Below, piece after piece: positions 35,838-47,743 of a DNA stretch of 61,550 nucleotides (within the stretch, counting starts at the first letter, position 1; each line of letters begins with the position of its first letter). Position numbers and translations under genes: made by a program. The stretch covers positions 1-61,550 of the forward strand of contig MEDY01000154.1 of NCBI GenBank assembly GCA_001724265.1. The letters are read 5' to 3'. The DNA is from Rhizaria sp. SCN 62-66 (lineage: Eukaryota). Below the pieces are notes generated by a model that did not search any database, was not told where the DNA came from, and saw only the letters and a list, made by a program, of their open reading frames with translations.

Positions 35838-36859
35838 TGGATGTGACAGTCTACAAGCGGCAGCAAGTGTGTGAACAATGCGGATAAAAGCACACGCGGA
35901 AGTAAGTAATGATCGTGACGTACGTGGATGTGCGTGGTGCAACGAGAGCGCGAGGGGGAGCGGAGGAGAATGTGGGTTGGTGAAGAGGGAAATATGGTGA
36001 GCGAAAGTCGCACAAGTCGAGGCGTACTGCGCAAAAGAGAGATTACTATTTAGTGTTATGGTAAATCACGCCGATAATTACCACGGAATTAATATAAAAT
36101 CGCATTCCACGAACATTTTGTGGGGAAAGTTCCAACTGCCGTGACACACAGCGCCGCGCTTGGCTTCTCTCGCTCGCTCACTCGCCGCTGCGAGCTTTTT
36201 TGCGAACTTGCTTTACGTCGTTCGTCGTGGTGACGAGCGAACGACGAGTCACGGTCAGTCTCTTTGGGTAGCACTTTAACAGCGTAGAAGACTGAAAGAC
36301 CGTCGTGGTAACCGTCTTTATGCGGAGTGTCCGGGAGATATGATACGCGTTTTATATTATTCTCTTTTTAATTTTTGCTTGACAAGTTTTTAGCGCGCGC
36401 CAGTCTCTCTTTTATCATCGCCGCTCCTCCACTGGTTTTTGTTCGAGTCTAGGCGATTGGGGAGGGCACTCTTTGAACCGCGGCAGACCACCCCGTCCTC
36501 TCTAACTTTTCGGATTTTCCTTTTGACGAATTTTGTGTGCCATTAAATCGCATCACCTGCCTCATACTTCTTCATACCCTTCACACAACGTGTATGCCTC
36601 TCGCTTTGTGCCTTTTCGCCACTCAACCGACCAGCTCCGGTGCTTCCTTCTGCTCCCTTGCGAGCCTGCCTAGAACCTCACCGAGCCACGACAGACGTGT
36701 TATACGGTATAGCTACATCAGCTTGCTAGACTGCAGCTGTTGCAGCTTGTCATCACTCGCACTGAACACCGTGCCTCGGGGCACGCGTGCGCGCACCACC
36801 CCTGCGCCTCAGCAACCAAGCAAACTACAGTCGCTTGACTGAGCTCAACCACGGGGACC

Positions 36860-38149
36860 ATGCTTCGTTCTTTTGATTTGGACGCGCTGATGAGCGACTA
36901 CTGGGTGACGGTTATCTCCGCCATCTTTGCGGTGCCGACGCTGTGCATCGCCTTCGCGTGGATCCACCACTTCGCCAGCTCCGTGCCCTGGACACGCCGT
37001 CGTCGCCTCAACACGTGCGTCATCCGCATCCTGCTTATGGTGCCCGTGTACTCAGCCACGTCTTTCTTCGGTCTCCAGTTCCCGCACTCGGCGCTCATCT
37101 TCCGCACCGTGCGCGAGTGCTACGAGGCCTTTGCGCTGTATTCGTTCTTCCTCATGATCACGCTCGTGCTAGGCGGCGAACAGCGCATCGCGCGCCGCCT
37201 CAGCACGCGCCCGCCCGTGCCGCATCTCTTCCCGCTCTGCCACCTCGCACCCTTCGCGCCTGGCTACCCGTTTTTGTGGCACTCCAAGGTTGCCACGCTG
37301 CAGTTCGTCGTCTTGCGCCCGCTCATCGCTATCATCGCAGCCGTTTGTGGTGCGTTCGGCGTGCTCGGCGACGGCGTCTTCTCGCCCTACGTCGCTTACC
37401 CGTACCTTGCGTTCGCGGCGTCCCTCTCACAGGCCTACGCGCTATATTGCCTTGCGTTGTTCTACTCGCGCGTCGCGGCGCCGCTGAAGCCGATCCGGCC
37501 GATCCCCAAGTTCATGGCCGTGAAGCTCATCCTTTTCTTCACCTACTGGCAGGGCGTGGTTTTGGCCGTGCTCGTCGACTCCGGCCACATCGCGCCCCGC
37601 GCGTCGCTGTCCGCGCTCAACGTCGCCTCGCAGGCGCAGGAGATGCTCACGGTCATCGAGATGTTCTTCTTCGCACTGTACAACCTCGCAGCGTTCCGCC
37701 CGCAAGACTTTGACGCCCTCACGCCGCAGCACCAACACCAGCACGGCGGCGTTGCTGTGGCCGGAGCAGCGGCGCACAAGGCCGCGCTGCAGGGGCCAGC
37801 GGCGCTGCCGCAGCTGCAATACGCGCACGCGCACTCGCACACGGAGGGCCATGCGCACGCGCAGGGATGGACACCGCGCAAGCCGGCACCGCGAAAGTCC
37901 CTCGGCGGCGAGTACGCGCACGACAGCGGTCTCCACAGCAAGTGTTCTCAGTGCGACACCGCCGCTGTGGCCGATGCGGCCGCGCTGATGCTGCTGACGG
38001 GCGACTCAAAGGGCCGCAGCAGCAGCATTGTGCGGAGCAGCGGTGGCGGCGGCAGTCGCGGCCGCGATCGCGATGTTGCGGCTGAGCGGAGGGCCGCCGC
38101 TGCCCGGTCTGAGGCCGCCGAGCTCTGGCCCGGGCACTCCGCCTCCTGC

Positions 38150-38180
<31 letters not shown>

Positions 38181-41100
38181 ACGGACAGCTCTGCGCCGCG
38201 CACACTGGAGCAGCTGCGCTGGGGCGCGGCCGCAGCGGCAGCAGCGCCAGCGCACATGGCCTCACATACAAAGGAGACCGGTCTAGCCTCGGCCACGGCC
38301 ACGGTCATGATGCTCTAGCGCGCGGCCGCAGCACGAGCGCCGCCCCCGACGCCACAGTCACTCACGGCGCGTCGTCGCAGTCTGAGTACCGTGTCACAGT
38401 GCACACACAGGGACCCGCGCCGCCGACGCCGCCGACGCACTTGCGCAGTGCACTCGCGACGAGGAGCACTACGGTGGATGGCAGAGACGCGTATCTGCTG
38501 CCGCTGCCGTTACCGCGGTCCCCTAGCGCCGCGCCCGGTCAGTGCACGTGCCACCACGGAAAGCACGGCCGTACTTTAGGTCACGGGCACGGTCACAGTC
38601 CTCAGACCGGCTCCGGTGCGGCGAGTGCGCGATTGCGGGGTTCGGCCACTGCGCCCGCGTCGCCCGCAGTCTCTGCACGCTCCCTGTGCGCTGCCGCTGC
38701 CGCTGCCGCTGCTAGTGGCGCTGGTGCTGATGAAGGCGATGACGACGGCGTGCGCAGCCGCAGCGGGAGCCTGTCGAGCCGCGCCAGCAGCAGAGCCAGC
38801 GTGTACAGCGTTAATAGCGCCGCGGTCGCCTCTATCGCCACCTCCGCTACCCCCTCTGTGGCGGCCACGGCTGCGTCGGCCGCCGCTGGGAGCAGGCGTG
38901 GCGGAATGAAGCCGATCTGGTACACTGGCGCGGGAAAACATGACCACGACGACGAAGATGACGACGGTGACGACGGCGACGGCGACGGTGATGATGACGA
39001 GGAAGAAGAGGAGGAGGACGACGAAGACCTTGGACTCGCCGCTGACGATGACGACGACGACGACGACATTGACATTGCCTGTGAAAGCGGCGTGAAGGTG
39101 ACTCGCAAGGGCGTTGGTAAAGACGGCGCGCCGCTCTTTGCACAGGATGACGACGAGGACGACTGCGACTGTGAGGATGGACTCACCTCACCGTTATCGC
39201 CCGCTTATGTCACAGGTTCTGCTCTTGCGAGCGCCGCCGCATCGCCGGTCAAATTCGTCTCTGGCTCCGGTGTCGGCGCTCGTCACAGTAACGCACGCAC
39301 GCATGCGCACTCACATGCACAGACCTCGTCCCAGGCCCGCCTGGTGCGCGCTGGATCTGGCGACGCTGCGGATGCCGCGAATGTGACCGGCGCCGCTGTT
39401 TATGACGAAGAGCGCGGCGACTGCATTGCACACAGCGAGCTTGGCGGCGACGAGACGGGCGCCGAGTTCGCGCGCGCCAGCGACTACGGCGACTGGGACG
39501 GCTACAGCGACGCCGGCGGCGGCGACAACCCCGCCGCCCCGGGCGACGACGTCGATGTTAGCAGCCGCGGCCACGGACATGGCCAGGGTTCCGGTGACGG
39601 AGACGGCGCCGGCGACGCGGACGAAGGCCTGCTCGCGTCGATGGTCGATGGACTCACGCACGTGCGGTCACGCACACTGGCCGCGCTGCACCTGCTGCGG
39701 CCCGCGCACGTGGCGGCCAGTCTGCAGGCGCTTGCGGGCACTGCGCGCGCTCGTGTCGGGGGCTACAAGCCGCTGCGCGCGGGCGGCGCTACCAACAAAC
39801 AGCAGCCACAGCAGCTGCAGCTGCAACAGTTGCAGCCACTACATCAGCATCAGCAGCTGAGGCACCAGATGTCGCAGCACGCTGGCGAGGCGCAGCTGTC
39901 GTTCGCGCACCATCCGTCGTTCCCTCAGCTGGGACCGCTGGCGCCCGCGCCGGACGTCTCCGCTGTTCCGGCCCCCGCTAGCGCGAGCGCCGCTTCTGCT
40001 GCTGCTGCGGTCGCAGCGGGGCCCGTGGCGGTCGCCGCTGCGCCATCATCGTGGCAACAAGGCCTCGCGTTCCTGCCTCTGCGCGCGCCCTCCGCTCCGC
40101 CCCACGTTGCGGCCCCATCTCGCGCGGCTGCTTCCTTCGTTGTCGGTGTCACCGTCAGCGCGCAAAGTGCGGCGGGCCTGCGCTCCGCTGCTGCTGCGGT
40201 TACGCGTCCCGGGGCTGAGGCTGACACCGATGCTGCTGCAACCGAGGCTGCCACTGCGATCGCCGCGGCGGCTGCCACGGCTGCAATGCTCGCGGCTGAG
40301 GCCGAGGCCGACGCTGAGACCGAAGTTGAGACTGAAGCCACCCGCAGCGCCACTGGGACTGCGACCGATAAGAAGGCTCAGGCGAACACGAAGGCCAAGT
40401 CTGCTGCGGCGCAAGCGGCTGCTGAGGCCGAGGCTGTAGCTGAGGCCGAAGCTGAGAGCGCCGGCCGCGCCCTCCTGTTGCGCGCACACGCGACGCTGCA
40501 TCGCACACCTGGCCGCGGGAATACGCTGGCGCACACTGCATCTGCGCAGCAAAGAGCCGCTGTGCAGAGCGCGTCTGGGCGCAAGCACGTGGACTCGGAT
40601 GAAGACGACGACGGGAGCGCAAGTGATGTTGTTGACCTTGCGGATGGCGGCGACGGTGACAGCGATAGCCGCGATGCCAGCGGTAGTGTGAGCGAGCTCG
40701 AGCTAGGGCTTGCCACGGACTCAGACTCGGACTCGGACTCTGGACCTGGCGCCGCCGCTGCTGTCCGCAGCCCTACCGCGGCTGCAAATGGCCCCAAGCT
40801 GGCACTGACACGCTCTCGCTCGCACTCGCCCGAGCACTCACTGCCCCCGTCTCACTCGCCTCACATCGCTGACGGCCCCGTGCCTGTTGGGATGGAGCAG
40901 CAGTCAGTGCAACCACGCCTCGGCCTTGCGCTCACGCGCTCGCAGTCCCAGTCGCACCTCCCGGGCAACGCCGCTGACGTCGCCGCTGCAGCGCGCAGTC
41001 CTGTGCCTCTCCAGGCGCAGACACAGACACAGAGTCAGATGCAGATGCAGATGCAGACTCGGCCCCGTGTGTTGTCCGCGCACCCTGCGCTCACTGCGCG

Positions 41101-41929
41101 TCCGTCGCTCGCGTCGCAGTCGCTGTCGCCCTCCCCTTCCAGTCCGCAGCTCAAGTCGCTCACTCAGGTCCAGACTCAGATCCCGACCCGGCCGCATTCG
41201 CAATTGCATTCGCCATCATAGTCGCCGACCTCAGTAGTCGCGGCAGCAGCTCCGCCGCACCGCTCGCCCTCAGGCTCGCCAGCGCCGCCGCAGACCGCAG
41301 TCTCCGTCGCGTCAGTAACCGAAGCTACCGGTGTAAGTGGAGACCTGGGTCTGAGCCGAGGTTTAGTGCTGTCGCGGACCGCGAGCAGCGCGCACAGCGA
41401 GGCCGAGCCCTCCCTGTCGCATCACTATGACGCCGGCGCGGCGATGAATAATCTCTCGCCCACTGCCTCCGCTGCTGCTGCCTTCGCTGCTGCTGCCTCC
41501 GCTGCTGCTGCCTCCGCTGCTGCTGCCTCCGCGGCTGCTGCCTCCGCGGCTGCTGCCTGCGCAGCTGCGACTCCTGTGGACGACTTAAGTCGCGGCGCAG
41601 TGACCGTGGGCGGCGGTGGCGTGGCGGGGTCGATCCGCAACCCGCTTAAGTACCTGTTTAAGGCGATCAACGTGAGCGACATTGCGCGCGACACGCGCAA
41701 AGTGCTTAGACGCACGCCAGCCGTCGCTGCCGCAGCTGCCAACAGTGGCGCTAACGCCGGTAGCAGCAGCAGCAACAACAATGGCGCCGGTAAAGGCGAT
41801 GCGACGCCGGTGGGTGGTGCTGTTGCGCCGGCGGTGGGGGAGACCGGCGCCAAGAATCGGAGCAAGAGCAAGGGTGCGACTGCGGCTCGGACGAACGCGG
41901 GCAAGCCTCCTGCGCAGCAACAGTTTTAA
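36860..41929 (+). CDS. TMEM184: TMEM184/OST-alpha family transporter-like protein with a very long low-complexity C-terminus (~1,689 aa); in-frame TAG at 41219-41221
   Basis: IRILLMVPVYS, RECYEAFALYSF, LQFVVLRP, KFMAVKLILFFTYWQG, IEMFFFA. The frame stays open after the TAG (SPTSVVAAA...) into ORF 41366..41929. Stop TAA. Confidence 0.85.
41471..41560 (+). repeat. Coding minisatellite, ~6 copies of a 15-bp unit GCTGCTGCTGCCTCC (AAAAS)
   Basis: Visible tandem repeat encoding [30 protein letters not shown]. Confidence 0.8.
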
Positions 41930-43014
41930 CAACGACGAACGACAACAATCAACTTAAGTCTTACTACGATAGCAACATTTTTACATAGTGACAGAATCAT
42001 GTTATGTCTAACTAACCCTTTTTTAAATATTTACTTCCAGTCATGCACTTCAACGCGATTTTTCATGTTATAATAGCTTCAGCCCGATCGTGTCTGTGTC
42101 CCGAGAAGCAGTCCGATGTTTGCAATCTGATGCATATCTCAAGCAAGATATTGTCCACTTCGGGCATGGTTGTGTTATCACGAAAGACCCTCAATAAACT
42201 AGTATTATTCAAGCTTCAAATCTCTATACTACTTTGTTCCAGAGATATATCTGATTAAAGGACGGTTTGCTCTGCGTGACCGTGGGCAGCAGACTGTCGT
42301 CTGATGCAAACCTCGCCTGAAACCCGACAAACAGTGGATACGGCGACACAGTCCGCCAACGCGCCTGCTGCTTACCATGGCTGAAGTTGCTTGTTTCATA
42401 TTGTCTATGATGTCTTCGCAACAACACTCACCTCGGCTGATGTGCTCAAGCGCGTTGCACCGGGAGGCTGCTGACGAATCGTGGCTTCGAGAGCATGGCC
42501 GAACTGCTTCGGAGCAATATCCGCCTCGGCTCATGTGTGTATGCGCGATTCGCGAATCATAATAAGACACTGCCGTTGTTTTTGCGCGTTTATATTTTGA
42601 GTTGCCTGTTAATCTTGCAGATGACGATCGGAGTGTGGTTTATTTTACCCTACTTTTTTGAATGACAGCCGACCGAAGTAACAACCTGGCACAATCAACA
42701 TCGGCGTCTCACGGACCCTAGCTGACTATTAAGGCAGTATAACTACTATGCTATTCACGAACCGCATCATTATTAATCAAAAGTCTTGCCTGTGTCCTCC
42801 CATACTGCATTATCTCACGAATATCCTCCTTACCCCTCACTCCTTGCGGTTCGTTTGGTGATCTGCCTCACCTCACCAACCGTGCCTCCTCGCCTCCATC
42901 CCGGGGTGTAATCAACGCCATATTTGCAGCCCATCCGCTTTCCCGCTTTTTACATAGCAGGAATTGTCTGTTCTTCTCCCACCGTCGCGTCTCCGCCCCA
43001 TCCAGCCCACCCCG

Positions 43015-46000
43015 ATGATCCGTGCCAATAATATACCTCCCTCATCCGCCGCCTCTGCCGCCGGCGCCGCCTCCCGCCCGCCCGGCGTTCCCCCCTCCGG
43101 CCCCGCCGCCGGCCGCCCCCCCGGCGGCGGCACTGGCGGCAAGGAGCCTCTGAACGTGACCCCCGAGGAGCAGTCGCGCATTGCAGCCGCGCTGCAGCAG
43201 CCGGAGTTCCGGAAGCTCTTCGAAGACTACCTCAAAGACCTCGCTGATCCTGCCACCCGCGCCGAGTCGGAGCAGTACCTGGCCGAGATGGAGGCGCGCG
43301 GCGATTTGGGTCTCGCGCCCGGCGAGCACCTTATCCGCCCCAAACCGGCGTTCGCGCTCAAGGCGTGGACCGCGGACGGTGCGAAGCTCTTCATCAACGT
43401 CTGCCACCACCCCGACGTCGCCCCGGCGCAGGCCACGCGTTCCACGGGTCCCGCTGGCTCTGCGGGCGCGAGTGGCGAGGCGTGGGAAGTGCCGACGTCG
43501 CTGTCGCCGCCGCGCGCGTGCCAGGACGCCGAGGGGCGCCCCGCCGTCGTCGTCGACGCGGTGTTCAACTCTGGCACGCTCGCTAACGCCGCTCGCCGCC
43601 CCGCGCTTAAACGGTTACTCGTCGACGTCGCACTCGAGCGCGTCGACCACATGCTTGCCACGGGCCCACCACCAGGCGGCAACAACGCCGCCAACGCCGC
43701 CGCTGCGCCCAAGGGCCTCAAGCGTGCTGTCCCGCCCGCCGCCGCTAACAGCAACAGCAACAGCAACAGCAACAACAAATTTGACTCTGCGGCGGCGCAG
43801 GAGTCCGTGAAGCGCAACATGGACGCGATGCGGACGCTGATGACGCGCGCGCAGGCCGCCGCCAAGGCCGGCAAGTCGTCCGACGCCCAGCATTTCGCGA
43901 CGCAGGCCGCGCGCATGCAACAGCGCATCGCAGTCGCCACGGCCGAAATCGCCGCCGCCGCGGGCAACGGCAACGGCGGCGGCGACGGCGCGGCGTTGGC
44001 GACGGTGTTCGAGCACCGTGTGCTGACGCGCGAGAACATCGGCGGCGACCCGCCCGCGCTGGTGTGTCGCAAGGCGCCCGGGAGCGATACTACCCAGAGC
44101 CCCAGCCCTGCGCCAACGTCCGCTGCCTCTGCGCAGTCGACAGCAGCTGCGGCGGCGACGCCGGCTGCGGCGGCGAAGGCTGCTGCGGTCGCCAAAGCTG
44201 CTGCCGCGGCCAGTCCCGAGAGCAAGACGTCTGCTCTTGCTAAGGATCCTGTTAAGGATGCGAGTGCGCGTGCGACTGCGAAGCCCACGTCTCCGACTCC
44301 CGAGTCCGACTCTACTGCGGCGGATGAGCCCTCAAACGGTCCTGCAGCGGCGGCGCAGCACGCGTCCCTGGTACGCGTGACCCCCGCGCACACGGTCACC
44401 CACGTGTCCGCGCCCTCCGCCGACAGCACCGCTGGGACCGGCGGTGCGGATAACCCGTGGCTGGCGACCGCGCAGGCGGGTCTCTCCGCGCGCGCATCGG
44501 AACTCCTGGCCACGGGTCCGCTGGCAACGCGCCCGGCGGCGCTGACGGTGGTGTTCCAGCTGCCGCAGCGTGACTCAGCGCGCGGCATCGCGCTGGTGCC
44601 AGAGCGCGACCGGCTCACTCTCGAGTCCGACCCCGTGCTCGCCGCCGCCGCCGACTCAGCTACTGCCAGCGCGAGCGCGAGTGCGTCGTGGGTGCAGTAC
44701 CAGGCGAACGTGAAGCTGCCGTTCCCCGTTCTGGGCGAGCAGGCGCACGCCGCGCGGTGGGCGCGCAAGCTCCGCACCCTCACGGTCACTTTGCCCGTCG
44801 CGCCGCCCGGCGACGAGGAGATCGTCCGCGAGCGCGAACGCGTTGAGGCCATGGTGCGCGACGCCGAGGCCGCCGCGCACCGCCACCAGAGCACTGCGGG
44901 CAAGAGTAAGCACAGCAGTGGCAGCGGCAGCAGCAGTGGTAGCTCGAGCGCGTGTGCGAGTGCGCAGAACGCCGTTGTCGAGAGCAAGAACGACGGTGCT
45001 CTTGGCTCTGTGTCCATCAGCGTCACTGCGCCGGCGGTCAAGCCCACTGCCGGTGAGGCCAAGGACAGCACCTTGGGCGAGGTCGCCAACAAGAACAACA
45101 GTAACGGGAGCGAGAGCCCGCAGACAAAGAGCCTCAGTCCGGACTCAGCCTGTTCGACCCCACTGTCTCCCGAGTCAGCGCGCGCCGTGCTGATGACGTC
45201 ACCGCGCAGCATCCTGCGCCGGCCCTCGTCGCCCGATCTCGTCGCGCCCGGATTCGCGTCCAACGCGGCTGCCGCAGACGCGTTCAGCAACGGCCCCGGC
45301 TCCAGTCATGGTAGCCAGGTGGGGGGCGACAGCCCCGGCACGGCGGCACGGAAGCGCGTGTCTTTCGGCCAGTTCAACGAGGCCGTGTCTCACCAAGGCG
45401 CCATTTACCACGAGGTGCTCTTGGACGCGCACGACCCGGCTTTTAACGCCGAAGTCTCTCCGCCCGACATGGCGCCACTGCCGCACCTGTTCCGCGACCC
45501 GCTCGAGTACCTGAACACGCCCTCAGCCATCGCCGCCGTCGCCGCGGCAGCCGCGATCCGTGCCTCGCGCGGCGCGTCCCCCGGCCCGAACAGCCCGGCG
45601 CTGCACGGCAACGGGCGCGGCGGGCAGTCGCCGAGTCTGTCGCCCGCGGCGTCGCCTGCGCTGTCGTCTTTGGTGGCGCCCTCGGGCCCGCGCAAGGTCG
45701 TCCGCGTGCGCGCGACGCGGCGCTCGCCGTCGTTTCACTACACGCAGTCGCCCGAGTCCGTCACACTCACCTTCCCGGTGAAGGGCGCGCTGCTGGGCAA
45801 GACCGAGGCCGAGTTTGGCCCGAGCTCGGTCGCGCTCGTGATCGCGACGCCGGCCCCGCGGCCCGCGACGGCGTTCACGCTGCGGCTCTTCGCAGAGGTG
45901 CTGCCGGAGCGCTGCACGCTGACGGTGGGCAAGACCAACGTCATCGTGCACTTGAGCAAGGCCGTGCGCGTGATGTGGCCCGACGCGTTCGCGGACGGCG

Positions 46001-47004
46001 TGCTTGACGAGCTCAACGAGACGGCGAACAGCAAGAAGAAGAACGCCAAGAAAGCCGCCGCCGCTGCCGCTGACGCTGCGGCCGCCGACACCGCTGACTC
46101 CGCAGACTCGGTCGACGCCGACGACGCTGCCAACGGCGAAGGTGACGCCGACGCTGATCCTGAGCATTATGACTCGAACTCGAGCGCGGATTTGCTCAGC
46201 GGCTCTGACAGCAGCAGCGGCGCTGATAGCATGGATAAGCTCGACCTGGGCGCCGCAGCAGCCCACACCAACACCAACAGCAACGGTAATCTCCACAGTG
46301 GCGGTAGAGCGACCTCTGCTGCTGCTGTGAACGCGCCCTCGCTTGTGGCTGCGGCCAAGGCCAAGGCCACGGCCGCGGTGTTGGCGGCCGACGATGCGCT
46401 CGACTCTAGCAGCGCCATCTCTGACGTCATCGATGTGTGTATCGGCGGCAATAGCGACAGCGCTCGCGCTAAGTCCGCCCATCCTCACACTGGCGCGGCC
46501 GTGGTGCTGCCATCGAGGGGCGCGCTGCTGGGGTCGACCGACGGCGCCAACGGCGAAAACGCCGAGGACGGTGAGCTGCAGACGCTGGTGCTGCCCGGCG
46601 CCGCTAAGACCACAGTGGCCGTCGCGAACGCCTCCGCTAACGCCACCGCAAAGCCGGGTGTCACTGTCATTGGCGACGCTGAGGCTGAGTCCGCTGCTGC
46701 TGCTGCGAACGCTGCGGCGGGCTCCAAGGGTTTTGCCGCTGCGGCGACGGCTGCGTTTACGGGCGCGGCGCGGCTAGTGACGCAAAACGCACTGCCCTAC
46801 GCGCGCGCCGCCGCTGCTGCCGCCGCCGCCGCAGTGATGGGCAGCCCTCAGCGCACCGACGCGAAGCCGCAGACTGACGCTGACGCTGATGCTGATGCTA
46901 AAGCGGAGGCAGAGGCGGAGGATGCAGTGCTGGCCGCGCTCGGCGTGACTGGCGCCGCGGGCGACGAGGCTGGCGCGCTGGCGCTGGCGCTCCAGTTTGA
47001 CTAA
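43015..47004 (+). CDS. DNAAF2: Kintoun / PF13 dynein axonemal assembly factor (PIH1 + CS domains)
   Basis: N-terminal EEQSRIAAALQQPEFRKLFEDYLKDLADPATRAESEQYL; PIH1 motifs IRPKPAFALK, KLFINVC, WEVPTSL, VVDAVFN; CS-like ARWARKLRTLTVTLPV and FHYTQSPESVTL. Stop TAA. Confidence 0.85.
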   Translation: MIRANNIPPSSAASAAGAASRPPGVPPSGPAAGRPPGGGTGGKEPLNVTPEEQSRIAAALQQPEFRKLFEDYLKDLADPATRAESEQYLAEMEARGDLGLAPGEHLIRPKPAFALKAWTADGAKLFINVCHHPDVAPAQATRSTGPAGSAGASGEAWEVPTSLSPPRACQDAEGRPAVVVDAVFNSGTLANAARRPALKRLLVDVALERVDHMLATGPPPGGNNAANAAAAPKGLKRAVPPAAANSNSNSNSNNKFDSAAAQESVKRNMDAMRTLMTRAQAAAKAGKSSDAQHFATQAARMQQRIAVATAEIAAAAGNGNGGGDGAALATVFEHRVLTRENIGGDPPALVCRKAPGSDTTQSPSPAPTSAASAQSTAAAAATPAAAAKAAAVAKAAAAASPESKTSALAKDPVKDASARATAKPTSPTPESDSTAADEPSNGPAAAAQHASLVRVTPAHTVTHVSAPSADSTAGTGGADNPWLATAQAGLSARASELLATGPLATRPAALTVVFQLPQRDSARGIALVPERDRLTLESDPVLAAAADSATASASASASWVQYQANVKLPFPVLGEQAHAARWARKLRTLTVTLPVAPPGDEEIVRERERVEAMVRDAEAAAHRHQSTAGKSKHSSGSGSSSGSSSACASAQNAVVESKNDGALGSVSISVTAPAVKPTAGEAKDSTLGEVANKNNSNGSESPQTKSLSPDSACSTPLSPESARAVLMTSPRSILRRPSSPDLVAPGFASNAAAADAFSNGPGSSHGSQVGGDSPGTAARKRVSFGQFNEAVSHQGAIYHEVLLDAHDPAFNAEVSPPDMAPLPHLFRDPLEYLNTPSAIAAVAAAAAIRASRGASPGPNSPALHGNGRGGQSPSLSPAASPALSSLVAPSGPRKVVRVRATRRSPSFHYTQSPESVTLTFPVKGALLGKTEAEFGPSSVALVIATPAPRPATAFTLRLFAEVLPERCTLTVGKTNVIVHLSKAVRVMWPDAFADGVLDELNETANSKKKNAKKAAAAAADAAAADTADSADSVDADDAANGEGDADADPEHYDSNSSADLLSGSDSSSGADSMDKLDLGAAAAHTNTNSNGNLHSGGRATSAAAVNAPSLVAAAKAKATAAVLAADDALDSSSAISDVIDVCIGGNSDSARAKSAHPHTGAAVVLPSRGALLGSTDGANGENAEDGELQTLVLPGAAKTTVAVANASANATAKPGVTVIGDAEAESAAAAANAAAGSKGFAAAATAAFTGAARLVTQNALPYARAAAAAAAAAVMGSPQRTDAKPQTDADADADAKAEAEAEDAVLAALGVTGAAGDEAGALALALQFD

Positions 47005-47743
47005 GATCTCATGTGAGAGTCTATTGCTCTTGAGAGTCGAGCGATCCGCTCGATAACTGTGGCTGAGACTGAGATTGAGAAGCAGTTGGACTGGTGTCGG
47101 CGATGCTGGGTGTGTGTACTGATATAGAAAACATTGACTACATAGTTTATTTGAAAATTGTATGAATGATGACATAATTAACCCAACAAATTGATGTGTA
47201 TATTTCATGAAAGCATTTACATGTAACTTTGATATGAGTAAAATCTGCTCGCGTGCGTCACAGTGAGACACAGCTCAATTCCGGCTGTGTCACCGTGTTA
47301 TGTGGCGAATCGTGGGCAGATATAAAATACGCTGTCAACGGACGTGGGTGCAGATGTTGTGAGAACAGATAGCTGAAACAAGAAGTCTTTTGTCAAGTGA
47401 TGACAATTTTATGAAGATGAGGCTGTGACGCACAGCGGGATGGTGGCACAAACGGATCGGCAATAAACCAAGAAGCCTTTAACCAAAACAGACTGTTACA
47501 GGTCCAAGACGTTCGTACATTAAATAAACACAACTGACTGTATTGAAAATACTGTAGCATAATTATAATGAATTCTTTGAATATAAGCGACACGTAGATA
47601 GAAACGGCCAAGCTTGCTCTCGCTCTTCGAGACAAGCTTTAACACGTTTGTGGCCAGTTTCCTCTGTGTTAGAGCAGCTGAGCGAATAACGCATGAAGGG
47701 TCGCTCATCGCACATACACAACAAATGCAGGTTAGCGCATTCT

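Noticed and set aside
35851-35923. Possible 73-nt 5'-UTR intron of RSL1D1 (GTACGT...TTGTAG); similar candidates lie upstream of YIPF and kintoun
   Set aside because: Plausible but there is no reading-frame constraint to test them, so they were not annotated. If real they would weaken the intron-length uniformity.
11031-41221. Treating the four TAG-interrupted genes as pseudogenes or as eight separate genes
   Set aside because: There are no frameshifts or TAA/TGA lesions, motifs are intact on both sides, and the downstream parts lack their own ATG starts or spacers. Four lesions all being TAG is unlikely under random decay.
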